Origin: an uncultured Campylobacter sp.
Lineage (GTDB): Bacteria; Campylobacterota; Campylobacteria; Campylobacterales; Campylobacteraceae
Length of the DNA: 64,000 bases
Direction: 5' to 3'
NCBI GenBank assembly: GCA_963515915.1
Contig: CAUPZQ010000007.1
Span: 180-64,179 of the forward strand
Shown here: piece by piece, positions 9,649 to 19,263 of the stretch
How positions within the stretch are numbered: the stretch's first letter is position 1
Layout of the letters: every line of letters begins with the position of its first letter
Notes under the pieces: model-generated
Seen by the model: only the letters and a program-made list of their open reading frames with translations
What the model was told of the DNA's origin: nothing
Databases searched by the model: none
Made by a program: the position numbers and the translations under genes

Positions 9649-9972
9649 ATGGCTCTAAATCACTATCTGATTGTCGCTGCGATGATGTTTGGGCTCGGGC
9701 TTGCGGGTATGATGAAGCGAAGAAATTTGATAATGCTCTTTTTTTCGAGCGAAATTTTATTAAACGCCGCAAATTTAGCCCTCGTCGCCGTGGCGAAATT
9801 TTACGACAATATAAACGGCGAAATTTTTGCGCTTTTCATCGTCGCGATCGCCGCGAGCGAGATGGCCGTGGGGCTTGGGCTGCTCATCTTGTGGTATAAG
9901 AAAACGGGCAGCATCGAACTTGACAGCTTCGTAAATTTTAAAAATCCTTCCAAGGACGGGCCGGATGCTTGA
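9649..9972 (+). CDS. nuoK: NADH:quinone oxidoreductase subunit K
   Basis: 107 aa with 3 TM segments and the conserved AASEMAVGL-type block. Operon position fits. Confidence 0.9.
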   Translation: MALNHYLIVAAMMFGLGLAGMMKRRNLIMLFFSSEILLNAANLALVAVAKFYDNINGEIFALFIVAIAASEMAVGLGLLILWYKKTGSIELDSFVNFKNPSKDGPDA

Positions 9973-11812
9973 TACCGTTTTTGTATGGCTCTTAATCGCC
10001 CTTTTCGCACCGCTTGCCTCGGCGATATTCGCAGGCGTTTTCATTCGCGCCAAAGATAAGATGTTTATTGGCGTAGTCTGCTCGGCGCTGGTGATTTTAA
10101 GTACTATCGCGTCGCTTGCTTTGATGGAGCTCGTCTCTGACAACCGCCTAATCAGCGTAAATTTAGCCGATTTCATAAGCACGGGATTTTTGGACGCAAA
10201 ATTTAGCTTTCTCATAGATAGCGTAAGCGCGGTGATGATGGTGGTCGTAGGCATAGTTTCCAGCGTCGTGCATGTGTACTCGATCTACTATATGTGGGAT
10301 GATGAAAACTTCGCTAAATTTTTCAGCTTCCTGGGGCTTTTCGTTTTTTCGATGCTGGTTTTGGTAACGAGCGATAATTTTTTAGGACTTTTCATCGGCT
10401 GGGAGGGGGTCGGACTCTGCTCGTGGCTGCTAATAGGCTTTTGGTATGATAGGAGCAATTACAGCTGGTGCGCCAATGAAGCTTTCATAATGAACCGCAT
10501 CGCAGATCTTGGGATGTTGCTTGGAATTTTTCTGATATATTTAAATTTCGGCTCGTTGCGCTACGAGGTGTTATTTGCGAACGCAGCGAGCTTGGAGCCT
10601 GAAATTTTAACTCTGATCGCCGCACTTTTATTTATCGGTGCGATGGGCAAAAGTGCGCAGTTTCCGTTTCATACCTGGCTAGCCGACGCGATGGCGGGTC
10701 CGACGCCCGTGTCTGCGCTCATTCACGCAGCGACGATGGTTACGGCGGGCGTTTATCTGGTAATTCGCGCAAACGCGATTTTCGCGCTCGCGCCCGAAGT
10801 AAGCGGTTTTATCGTCTGCTTGGGCGCTTTTGTGGCGGTCTTTGCGGCATCGATGGCGCTGGTTCATAACGATCTTAAAAAGATCATCGCCTACTCCACG
10901 CTTTCGCAGCTTGGCTATATGTTTGTAGCCGCGGGGCTCGGGGCGTATTGGATCGCGTTATTTCATCTGGCGACGCATGCGTTTTTCAAAGCGCTTCTAT
11001 TTTTGGGCGCGGGCAACGTAATGCACGCGATGAAAGACGATCTAAATATCCAAAATATGGGCGGATTATATAAGTTTATGCGGCCTACGGCGATTTTGAT
11101 GTGCATAGGCTCGCTCGCGCTTTGCGGATTTTATCCGTTCGCGGGCTTTTTTTCAAAAGATAAAATTTTGGAAGCGGCGTGGAGCGCGGACGCGTATTTT
11201 ATCTGGGCGCTGCTGTTTGCGGGCGCTGCGATGACGACGTTTTACAGCGTGCGTCTGATAATGCTTGTGTTTTTCGGCAAGCAAAATTTTACCCACCATC
11301 CGCACGAGGCGAAAGGCTTCGCCCTTATCGCGATGGGCGTGTTAGCCGTGCCTGCGGTGATCGCTGGCTTTTTCGAGCACGATTTTGCTGAGTTCGTGCT
11401 TAGCATACTGCCCGGATTTAAAATTTCGATCCCGCACGGCGTGGAGGTAATTTTGATCGCCCTAACGCTAGCGATGATAAGCGTGGTGGCGATCGGCACG
11501 ATTTGGACATACGGCAAGGGCAAATTTAGCCAAAATTTAAAGAACTGCAAATTTTATAAAATTTTGATCGCGCAGTATTTTATCCCGCAAATTTACGAGC
11601 GCGTGATCGTGCGCGGATACGCTAAGCTTAGCGAGATCTGCGCTAAATGCGACGGCGCGATCATAGACGCCAGCGTTGATCTGATCGCTCGCATCGCGGT
11701 AAAAGGCGGTGAAGGAGCGGATCGCGCAAGCAATAGCGGAGATTTGAGCGCAAATTTAAGGTGGATGGTTTTGGGATCTTTCATTTTGCTGATTTTGGCG
11801 TTTGCGCTGTGA
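9965..11812 (+). CDS. nuoL: NADH:quinone oxidoreductase subunit L
   Basis: 615 aa antiporter-like subunit with the WEGVGLCSWLLIGFW, GKSAQFPFHTWLADAMAGPTPVSALIHAATMV motifs. Confidence 0.93.
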   Translation: MLDTVFVWLLIALFAPLASAIFAGVFIRAKDKMFIGVVCSALVILSTIASLALMELVSDNRLISVNLADFISTGFLDAKFSFLIDSVSAVMMVVVGIVSSVVHVYSIYYMWDDENFAKFFSFLGLFVFSMLVLVTSDNFLGLFIGWEGVGLCSWLLIGFWYDRSNYSWCANEAFIMNRIADLGMLLGIFLIYLNFGSLRYEVLFANAASLEPEILTLIAALLFIGAMGKSAQFPFHTWLADAMAGPTPVSALIHAATMVTAGVYLVIRANAIFALAPEVSGFIVCLGAFVAVFAASMALVHNDLKKIIAYSTLSQLGYMFVAAGLGAYWIALFHLATHAFFKALLFLGAGNVMHAMKDDLNIQNMGGLYKFMRPTAILMCIGSLALCGFYPFAGFFSKDKILEAAWSADAYFIWALLFAGAAMTTFYSVRLIMLVFFGKQNFTHHPHEAKGFALIAMGVLAVPAVIAGFFEHDFAEFVLSILPGFKISIPHGVEVILIALTLAMISVVAIGTIWTYGKGKFSQNLKNCKFYKILIAQYFIPQIYERVIVRGYAKLSEICAKCDGAIIDASVDLIARIAVKGGEGADRASNSGDLSANLRWMVLGSFILLILAFAL

Positions 11813-11819
11813 GGTGGGC

Positions 11820-13349
11820 ATGGAATACTTTTTAAGTTTGGTTATATTTTTTCCGGCGGTAGCTGCGGTTTTGGGCTTTTTGATCGACGAAGCGAGCATT
11901 AAGACCTACGCCGTTACGATGAGCTTTATAGAGTTCGTGCTTTCGCTCGTTTTGTGGATACTCTACGAGCCGGTGGACGGCATCGCGTTTAGCGTGCTGC
12001 ACCCTTTCATAAGCGAATACGGCATCAACTACTTCATCGGCGTGGACGGAATTTCGCTGTTTTTAGTGATCCTAAGCACGCTGGTTACCTTTTTAGCGCT
12101 ACTTAGCCTAAGTATCAAAGAGCGCGCCAAAAATTTAATCATCTGCATTCTATTTTTAGAGATGACGATGGTGGGCGTTTTCGTGGCGCTGGATGCGATT
12201 TTGTTTTACATTTTTTGGGAACTTTCGCTTATTCCGATGCTCTATATCATCGGCGCGTGGGGCAGCGGCAAGAGAATTTACGCCGCGGTAAAATTTTTCA
12301 TCTACACCTTCCTGGGTTCAATGTTTCTACTCGTAGGACTCGTAGCGATGAGCTATTTCTACCACGAGGCTACGGGCGAGTATAGCTTTAATATCCTAGA
12401 CTGGCAGAGCCTGTCGCTGCCGCTTAGCACGCAAATTCCTCTATTTTTGGCATTTTCGATCGCCTTTGCGATCAAGACGCCTTGCTTTCCTTTTCATACC
12501 TGGCTTCCGTACGCGCACGGGCAGGCTCCTACGATAGGCTCGGTTCTGCTTGCCGCGGTGCTTCTTAAGATGGGCACCTACGGCTTTGTGCGATTTTCGC
12601 TGCCGCTATTTCCCGACGCGAGCGTGTATTTTAGCGGGATGATGTGCGCCGTGGCGATCGTTATGATCATCTATGCAAGCTTCATCGCCTTTGCGCAGAA
12701 GGATATCAAACAGGTTATCGCGTATAGCTCGATCGCGCATATGGGCGTCATAATGCTAGGAATTTTTTCAATGAGCCGTGAAGGAATGAGCGGTGCGGTA
12801 TTTTTGATGATAAGCCACGGTATCGTAAGCGGCGGGCTTTTTATGCTCGTAGGCTTTTTATACGACCGCAGGCACACGAAGCTTTTTGGCGAGTTCGGCG
12901 GGCTTGCGCGGGTGATGCCGCTTTATGCGTTTTGCTTTTGCGTCGTGCTGCTAGGCTCGATAGGACTTCCGCTTACGATCGGCTTCGTGGGAGAATTCCT
13001 AAGCCTTGCGGGGATTTTTAAAATAAGCTTTAGCTACGCGCTTTTGGGCGGGCTCGGTATCATAATGGGCGCGATCTATTCGATGAATCTTTATAAAAAG
13101 ACCTTTTTCGGTGCGCTCGTGCATGATGAGAATAAAAAGCTAAGCGATCTAAACAGAACCGAGCTTTGCTCTATCATCCCGATCTGCGTGCTGGTGGTAG
13201 TGCTCGGCGTCGCGCCAAATTTGATGCTAAAGAGTATCGAGCCCAGCGTAACGCAAAGCCTTGAGCTGATGTTTAATAAAGCCTCGCAAACCGCGACCCG
13301 CGCCTATATGGAAAAAGCAAATTTTAAGGTAAGAAGCGATGCAAAATAA
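11820..13349 (+). CDS. nuoM: NADH:quinone oxidoreductase subunit M
   Basis: A GAGGTG RBS precedes the ATG at 11820; the ORF track uses the TTG at 11802. FPFHTWLPYAHGQAPT and LKMGTYGF are antiporter-like motifs. Confidence 0.9.
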   Translation: MEYFLSLVIFFPAVAAVLGFLIDEASIKTYAVTMSFIEFVLSLVLWILYEPVDGIAFSVLHPFISEYGINYFIGVDGISLFLVILSTLVTFLALLSLSIKERAKNLIICILFLEMTMVGVFVALDAILFYIFWELSLIPMLYIIGAWGSGKRIYAAVKFFIYTFLGSMFLLVGLVAMSYFYHEATGEYSFNILDWQSLSLPLSTQIPLFLAFSIAFAIKTPCFPFHTWLPYAHGQAPTIGSVLLAAVLLKMGTYGFVRFSLPLFPDASVYFSGMMCAVAIVMIIYASFIAFAQKDIKQVIAYSSIAHMGVIMLGIFSMSREGMSGAVFLMISHGIVSGGLFMLVGFLYDRRHTKLFGEFGGLARVMPLYAFCFCVVLLGSIGLPLTIGFVGEFLSLAGIFKISFSYALLGGLGIIMGAIYSMNLYKKTFFGALVHDENKKLSDLNRTELCSIIPICVLVVVLGVAPNLMLKSIEPSVTQSLELMFNKASQTATRAYMEKANFKVRSDAK

Positions 13350-15114
13350 TCTTTTAAATTTAGCCTCGATCGCGCCTATGGCGATACTCGGAGGATTTGC
13401 CCTGCTGATGCTCGCGGTTTCGCTTTTTGCGCGCACGCTATCATATAAATTTTACGCCGTCATCACGATACTAGCTCTAGCTCTTGGCTTCGGGCTTGTT
13501 TTCGGATACAACAGCGGCATACGCGGGCTTTTCGACGTAATGCTAGTGGACGGAATCGCGACGCTATCGATGCTTATTATGCTCGCAGGCTCGATATTTT
13601 TCATCTTTTTGTCTTTGGGTACAAGAAGCGCGCACGAGTACCACACGGCGGAGTTTTTCGTGCTGTTTTTATTCGTGCTCGTGGGCTATGAGTTTATGGT
13701 CGCGAGCGAAAGCTTAATGATGATCCTCGTTGGGCTTGAGACGGGCTCGCTGGCGCTTTATACGCTAATCGCGCTTCACAACCGCGCCAGATCGGTAGAA
13801 GCGGCGCTAAAATACTTCATAATGGGCGCGCTGGGATCGGGCTTTTTCGCATTCGGCGCGGCGATGTTTTTTCTATTGACCGGCTCTATGGAAATTTCAA
13901 ATATCGCGCAGATTGCTAAGAGTTCAAATTTACAAACCAGCGTCCTACTTTTCGCCGCCTGCTCATTTATGATCGTCTCGATAGGATTTAAGCTCTCGCT
14001 GATCCCGTTTCACACCTGGACGCCCGACGTTTACGAGGGCGCGAGCTCGGCAATGGCGGGCTTTATGTCCGTTGTCCCCAAAATCGCGGGCTTTGTCGTG
14101 GCGATCAGGCTGTTTGAAGCGCTACAAAGCATCGGCGTGCAGTGGCTAAACATCGTGCTCTACGCCGTAGCGGTGCTTACGATGAGCTTAGCGAACCTTA
14201 TGGCGCTCGTGCAGCGCGACGTCAAGCGGATGCTTGCTTTCAGCTCCGTTTCGCACGCGGGCTTCGTACTCTGCGCGATCGTGATTGGCTCAACGCAGGC
14301 AAACGCGGCGCTTTTCACCTACTGGATCCTATATGCCGTGGCGAACCTCGGGGCATTTGCCTTCATCTGGTGTGTACGGCAAAGACATGCGCGCTCGTTA
14401 AATTTAAAATTTAAAACCCAAAACCCCGCTTTAAATTTAAACGCAAACGGCGAGAGCTCTATCTCAAACCCAAGGCCCGCTTTTTCGCAAAATCGCGAGC
14501 CGAGCTTTGCCGGCAAGTTAAATTTAGGCGCGAACGGGCAAAATTCAGCCTGCGACGAGTGGAGCGTTAAAGCGAGCGAGCAAAATTCTAAAGCAAGCGG
14601 GCCAAATTTGAAAGCGATCGAGCCCGGCGCGGAAGCGAGCTTTTTCGGCACTAAAACTTGCGAGCCAGGCGCCGAAATTTGCGAGCAAAGCTCTAAGTTC
14701 GCGGCTCGCTTCGAGCATCCGTTTGAGAAATTTGACGGGCTGATCCGCACCCATCCACTTTTTGCGCTATGCGCGGCGATCTTTATGCTCTCGCTTGCGG
14801 GTATCCCGCCGTTTAGCGTGTTTTGGGGCAAGATGTATCTGCTAAGCGCCGCGGTCAATTCGGGCTATTTCGCCCTCGCCGTCATCATGGCGGTAAATAG
14901 CGCGCTCGCGCTGTATTACTATCTGCGCCTCATCGTGCGTATGTTTTTGCACGAGCCGGGGGAGGACGCGGAGCTTGACGGCTCGCTGGGCGCGGTCTCG
15001 GTGCAGATAAAATTCGCCGTCGTGCTAGCTAGCGTGGCATGCGTGCTGGCGCCGTTTTTAGTGAAATTTCTAACCGGAGCAGTAAATAATTTCGTCTTTT
15101 TAAGCGGGTATTAG
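13339..15114 (+). CDS. nuoN: NADH:quinone oxidoreductase subunit N with a ~115-aa internal insert
   Basis: FHTWTPDVYEGASS, SVSHAGF and LSLAGIPPFSVFWGK are NuoN motifs. Residues ~348-462 (NLKFKTQNPALNLNANG...SSKFAARFEH) are non-TM low-complexity sequence interrupting the TM array. Confidence 0.9.
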   Translation: MQNNLLNLASIAPMAILGGFALLMLAVSLFARTLSYKFYAVITILALALGFGLVFGYNSGIRGLFDVMLVDGIATLSMLIMLAGSIFFIFLSLGTRSAHEYHTAEFFVLFLFVLVGYEFMVASESLMMILVGLETGSLALYTLIALHNRARSVEAALKYFIMGALGSGFFAFGAAMFFLLTGSMEISNIAQIAKSSNLQTSVLLFAACSFMIVSIGFKLSLIPFHTWTPDVYEGASSAMAGFMSVVPKIAGFVVAIRLFEALQSIGVQWLNIVLYAVAVLTMSLANLMALVQRDVKRMLAFSSVSHAGFVLCAIVIGSTQANAALFTYWILYAVANLGAFAFIWCVRQRHARSLNLKFKTQNPALNLNANGESSISNPRPAFSQNREPSFAGKLNLGANGQNSACDEWSVKASEQNSKASGPNLKAIEPGAEASFFGTKTCEPGAEICEQSSKFAARFEHPFEKFDGLIRTHPLFALCAAIFMLSLAGIPPFSVFWGKMYLLSAAVNSGYFALAVIMAVNSALALYYYLRLIVRMFLHEPGEDAELDGSLGAVSVQIKFAVVLASVACVLAPFLVKFLTGAVNNFVFLSGY

Positions 15115-15134
15115 AGTTATTTTAAGAGGATGCA

Positions 15135-16928
15135 ATGGAAAACTATGAAAGACTATTTAATGATTTGAAATCAAAAGGGATGATAATAGAAAATATCAAT
15201 TCTATTCATATTAGAAATTATATAAAAAAGGAAGATGAAAGATATATTATTAAGGATTTTAGAAATTCTCCCAGGATAAATGATGCGTTAGACCTGCCTA
15301 AGATTATTTGCGAGCTTGAGGTAGAATTCCAAAATTGTGATTTTTATAGTCTAAATATAACGGGAGTTATAGGAGAAAAAATAAGTTTTATTGGTTGTAA
15401 ATTTAAAGAAGCAATCTCATTTGAAAATTCTAAATTTAAAAAATACGTTTCGTTTGAGAAATCCGAATTTAACAGCATTGTTGACTTTTCAAATTGCATA
15501 TTTGAAAAACTGGTAAATTTTGATAACTCTGACGAGAAAGAACATACAAAACCAATAAATTTTTCTAATGTTATATTCCAAGATAACGCTTATTTTAATA
15601 ATATCGTATTTAATAATTATGCAGACTTCCATGGAGCCATATTTAAAAAAGTAGCATCTTTTTACGGCGTGCGATTTAAGGACTTTGTAAATTTTTCCGC
15701 CACTATATTTGAAGGAGATTTAAATTTAGTAAATTCTAAACTGGACTTTGAATATGAAGATTTGAAGCAAGCTATAATCAAAGCTGCAAAAAGCAGCTCT
15801 ATTAAAGAGACGGCGAATGATTTCCGCGATAGTTTTAGAGTTTTAAAAAATACAGCGACTAAAACGGGGAATCATCTTGATGCTATAAGATACTGCGTTT
15901 CCGAATTATATTGTAAGGAAATAGAGCTAGAAGACGATCTTAAAAATAAAGAATCTAAAGATCCGGCAAGAAAGAATATTAAAAATTTTATAGATTTAAT
16001 GCTATTAAAACTTTATCGTGTTACGAGCGACCATCATTCAAATCTCGTAAAGATCATTAATTTTGCCGCCACTGTTGTAGTGTTTTATGGGATCTTAAAT
16101 TGGTTTTTCCCTCGTTTGTATGTATGCTTAGAAGAAGGGAAGCGCGGCTTACAAAATTGGTTATTTTTCTTTGTTTTTATCTTTATAGCAGTTATGTTTG
16201 CAATTTGGATTATAAGGGCGGTCGCTCAAAGGTGGAAAGACCTAGTATTTGTCTTAATACTTCCAATTGCCCTTATTGCCTTGCTTCAGTTTTCTTTTCG
16301 GGATTCATTTATGTCGGAAGCTAATGATATTCTTAATACTACGGGTGCATTTGTTCTTATATTTTTATCCCTTATTTGCGGGTATACCTATACCTCTGAA
16401 AAGATGGGATACAAAATCTCTTACGTTTTTCATATTTCTATTTATGTTTGCTTTATAATGTTTTTATTCGTTAAGCCAGAGCTTTTTAATCCATTTAATG
16501 GGATATTTCAAAGTACAAAAATAGAGCCTAATAAATTTAGAAATTATGTATTAGAAAACAATGAAAGTGCACCAAAGGAAATTTTGAATTTAATAAAGAT
16601 TAATAGCGGCAAAAGTGTGGATTATGATATTAAACTAATTGCGAATCATCGCCTTGCAATTCTAAAGCAAATAGACAGCGAAAATAACCAATCAAAACCC
16701 GAAGGAAGATTAAATGTATTCAGTTATTTTTGTCCTTCCGCATATTTAGAAGAATCTACGAATGATAAAAAATATGTGCAAATTTATAACATTCTTTTGG
16801 ATGATGAAATTTCGGAAATATCTAAAAAAATATCAAAAGCGGGCTATTTGGTTTATGCTTTTATCATGCTTTTGATTATTTACTCTCTTACAAAAACGGC
16901 GCGTCGTAACTCCATCGTACCTAGTTAA
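15135..16928 (+). CDS. Pentapeptide-repeat-like N-terminal domain fused to a multi-pass membrane domain; function unknown; likely horizontally acquired
   Basis: 597-aa ORF with an AAGAGGA RBS, 20 nt after the nuoN stop. Residues ~65-205 form serial 5-residue-period F/L/I repeats (CDFYSLNITG..ISFIGCKFKEAISFENSKFKKYVSFEKSEFNSIVDFSNCIFEKLVNF..). About 5 TM segments lie at aa ~305-460, plus a C-terminal TM. G+C hand counts: 10/60 at 15181-15240 and 21/60 at 16081-16140, against 41/60 in nuoN at 14941-15000. Confidence 0.75.
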   Translation: MENYERLFNDLKSKGMIIENINSIHIRNYIKKEDERYIIKDFRNSPRINDALDLPKIICELEVEFQNCDFYSLNITGVIGEKISFIGCKFKEAISFENSKFKKYVSFEKSEFNSIVDFSNCIFEKLVNFDNSDEKEHTKPINFSNVIFQDNAYFNNIVFNNYADFHGAIFKKVASFYGVRFKDFVNFSATIFEGDLNLVNSKLDFEYEDLKQAIIKAAKSSSIKETANDFRDSFRVLKNTATKTGNHLDAIRYCVSELYCKEIELEDDLKNKESKDPARKNIKNFIDLMLLKLYRVTSDHHSNLVKIINFAATVVVFYGILNWFFPRLYVCLEEGKRGLQNWLFFFVFIFIAVMFAIWIIRAVAQRWKDLVFVLILPIALIALLQFSFRDSFMSEANDILNTTGAFVLIFLSLICGYTYTSEKMGYKISYVFHISIYVCFIMFLFVKPELFNPFNGIFQSTKIEPNKFRNYVLENNESAPKEILNLIKINSGKSVDYDIKLIANHRLAILKQIDSENNQSKPEGRLNVFSYFCPSAYLEESTNDKKYVQIYNILLDDEISEISKKISKAGYLVYAFIMLLIIYSLTKTARRNSIVPS

Positions 16929-16942
16929 ACAGCATGGGTCTT

Positions 16943-17878
16943 TTAAATCTTGCGGCGAAGGAGCTTTAAAATTTCACGCTCCAGCTCTTGCGGCGGCGCC
17001 GAAATTTTATCCGCAAACTGCGAGCGGTTGAAGGTGCGTTGGCGCTTTGCGAGCTGTACCGTGTGCAGGCTTATGAGCTGCTCGCACTGCGCCCGCGAAA
17101 TCTGCCCGCGCAAAAGCTGCCCGCACTCCTTTAGCCCGATGCAGCCTAGCGCCCTGCACTCTGCACCGTAACGAGCGAATAAAAACTCCGCCTCCTCTAA
17201 AAGCCCGCGCTCAAACATCGCCTTCGTACGCGCCTCGATGCGCTGCGCAAGCCACTGTTTAGGCGCGTCGATCTCAAAAATTTTAATATCCGAAATCACG
17301 GGCGGGGCGGTGTTTTCGCGTAGAAATTTACTCGGAGCCTCGCCGCAAAATTTATAGATGCTTAGCCATTTTTTTAACCGAAAACTGTCCGCCGCGCTAA
17401 GCTTTGCGGCAAATTCCGGATCGATCCGCTGCGCTAGAGCGTAAATTTCATCGTTTGGAATTTCGCTTTTAAAATCGGGAACCTTCGGCGCCAGCCCGCT
17501 TAGCATCGCTTTGAGATAAAACCCGCTGCCGCCCGTGATTATCAAAGGCGCGCCGCTACGCCCTGCAAAAGCCCGCGCGGCGGCGTATTCTTTAATAAAC
17601 TCGCCGACGCTGAAGTATTCGTTTGGATAGATTAAATTTACGCCGAAGTGCTTGATCTCGCGTAGCTGCTTTTCGCTTGGCTTAGCGCTTGCGATGTCGA
17701 TCTGGCGGTAAATGCAGAGCGAATCAAGGCTCAAAATCACGGCGCCGATCTCTCGCGCGATACTTAGCGCAAGATCGCTTTTGCCGCTTGCTGTGGTGCC
17801 GATGATCGCGATCTGTGGGCTTGCGTGCGAGTTTTGATTTTGGCTCAAGGCGTTTCCTTTCGTAAATTTTTCGTTCAA
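16943..17878 (-). CDS. miaA: tRNA dimethylallyltransferase
   Basis: P-loop [19 protein letters not shown] and the IPPT-family layout in 311 aa. Apparent TTG start. Convergent with the AT-rich gene. Confidence 0.88.
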   Translation of the reverse strand: MNEKFTKGNALSQNQNSHASPQIAIIGTTASGKSDLALSIAREIGAVILSLDSLCIYRQIDIASAKPSEKQLREIKHFGVNLIYPNEYFSVGEFIKEYAAARAFAGRSGAPLIITGGSGFYLKAMLSGLAPKVPDFKSEIPNDEIYALAQRIDPEFAAKLSAADSFRLKKWLSIYKFCGEAPSKFLRENTAPPVISDIKIFEIDAPKQWLAQRIEARTKAMFERGLLEEAEFLFARYGAECRALGCIGLKECGQLLRGQISRAQCEQLISLHTVQLAKRQRTFNRSQFADKISAPPQELEREILKLLRRKI

Positions 17879-17913
17879 ATTATATCAAATTTAGAGCTAT
17901 TCTTACTTTTTTT

Positions 17914-17922
17914 TGATACAAT
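17914..17922 (+). promoter_or_regulatory. Candidate extended -10 (TGaTACAAT) for the prenyltransferase gene
   Basis: TGATACAAT lies 23 nt upstream of the ATG at 17945 and is preceded by a T-rich tract, as is usual for Campylobacter sigma-70 promoters. Confidence 0.3.
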
Positions 17923-17944
17923 GGTGCCCAAAATAAGGGGCAAA

Positions 17945-18814
17945 ATGGCTAAATTTAAAGAAATTTTATCCGACATCAACGAATTAATAGTTTTTAAACA
18001 CTCGGTTTTCGCGCTACCGTTTATCTTTACGGCGATGATTACTGCGAGCAAGCTGCAAAACGGCTCGGTATGGTTCGGCTGGAAGCTGCTTTTTTTAGGG
18101 ATTTTATGCGCGGTAAGCGCAAGAAGCTTCGCTATGGCGTTAAATCGTTACTTGGACGAGGAGATCGACCGCGCCAATCCGCGCTGTGCTTCGCGCCCCA
18201 GCGTAGACGGACGGATCGGGCGCGGGAATTTACTGCTTTTCATCATCGCAAACGCGGTAGTTTTCATAGCGGTTTCGGCGTTTATAAATCCTTTGGCACT
18301 TAAGCTTTCGGTGCCGATTTTAGCGGCATTAGGCGGATATTCGTATTTTAAGCGTTTTAGCGAGACTGCGCATTTGATGCTCGGCTTTTGCTTAGGGCTT
18401 GCGCCGATTGCCGGAGCGATCGCCGTTAGCGGCGTAATTCCGCTATGGTCGGTGCTGCTGTGTCTCGGGGTAGTATTTTGGGTAGGCGGCTTTGACGTGT
18501 TGTATTCGCTTCAAGATATGGAATTTGACCGCACGGCTGGGCTTTACAGCATCCCTGCGCTTTACGGCAAAGAAGCTTCGATGTTTATCTCTAAAATTTT
18601 TCATACCGTGGCGGTACTTTTTTGGCTGCTGTTTTGCGCGGCGGCAAATTTAGGCTTTTTTGCCTATCTTGGTGTGGCTGCGTGCGCGGCGATCCTGTAC
18701 TTCGAGCATAGGATCGTGCAGAAAGATTTTAGCAAGATTGATCGCGCGTTTTTCACGCTCAATGGCTACTTGGGCATCGCCTTTTTTGCTTTTGTTTTTG
18801 TAAATTTATTTTAA
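17945..18814 (+). CDS. UbiA-family aromatic prenyltransferase (menaquinone/futalosine-pathway MqnP-like)
   Basis: An AAGGGG RBS precedes the ATG at 17945; the ORF track starts at 17825, overlapping miaA. It has the NRYLDEEIDRANPR (NxxxDxxxD) motif, a second Asp-rich motif (YSLQDMEFD), and 8-9 TM segments. Confidence 0.8.
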   Translation: MAKFKEILSDINELIVFKHSVFALPFIFTAMITASKLQNGSVWFGWKLLFLGILCAVSARSFAMALNRYLDEEIDRANPRCASRPSVDGRIGRGNLLLFIIANAVVFIAVSAFINPLALKLSVPILAALGGYSYFKRFSETAHLMLGFCLGLAPIAGAIAVSGVIPLWSVLLCLGVVFWVGGFDVLYSLQDMEFDRTAGLYSIPALYGKEASMFISKIFHTVAVLFWLLFCAAANLGFFAYLGVAACAAILYFEHRIVQKDFSKIDRAFFTLNGYLGIAFFAFVFVNLF

Positions 18815-18823
18815 GGAACCCCT

Positions 18824-19183
18824 ATGGATCTTAACACTATCATCATTTTAGGACTTTGCGTCGTTATATTTTTGATGTTTTTCGTCATATATTTTAAGGA
18901 TAAGCAAGCGGATAAAAAATTCGAGCGATTTGATCAAGTGTTGACCGATGCTATGCAGGAAAATTATCTGCTTAAAAAGAAGGTCGAGGAGCTAAAAGAG
19001 ATGATCGATTCGGGCGGCAAAGTCGCTCCTAATATCGATATAAACGCGATTGCAGACGTGATCGACGAGACGATAGAGCAGAGACTAGATGTAGTGCCTA
19101 CGATGATCGACGAGCGGGTAGAAAAGCAGATCAGACCGCTTCTGGATCAGCTTAAAGAGCTCATCGGCTCGGTAAGAAAATAG
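18824..19183 (+). CDS. Small membrane-anchored coiled-coil protein, unknown function
   Basis: 119 aa with one N-terminal TM (IIILGLCVVIFLMFFVIYF) followed by a charged helical region. It is tightly spaced after the upstream gene. Confidence 0.6.
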   Translation: MDLNTIIILGLCVVIFLMFFVIYFKDKQADKKFERFDQVLTDAMQENYLLKKKVEELKEMIDSGGKVAPNIDINAIADVIDETIEQRLDVVPTMIDERVEKQIRPLLDQLKELIGSVRK

Positions 19184-19230
19184 CCGGAGCAATATAAAAA
19201 TAAAATTTTGCAAAATCGCTTTGTTTTTTA

Positions 19231-19236
19231 TATAAT
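19231..19236 (+). promoter_or_regulatory. Candidate -10 box (TATAAT) for moaA-queE-queD
   Basis: TATAAT preceded by TTGTTTTTTA, 28 nt upstream of the ATG at 19264. Confidence 0.35.
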
Positions 19237-19263
19237 CGCCGCAAATTGATATTAAGGCAAAAT

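Noticed and set aside
14319-14858. 179-aa ORF antisense to nuoN
   Set aside because: It lies entirely opposite the nuoN insert and neighbouring conserved sequence. It has no RBS and its sequence is low-complexity. Its openness is explained by the stop-poor repeat composition of the insert.
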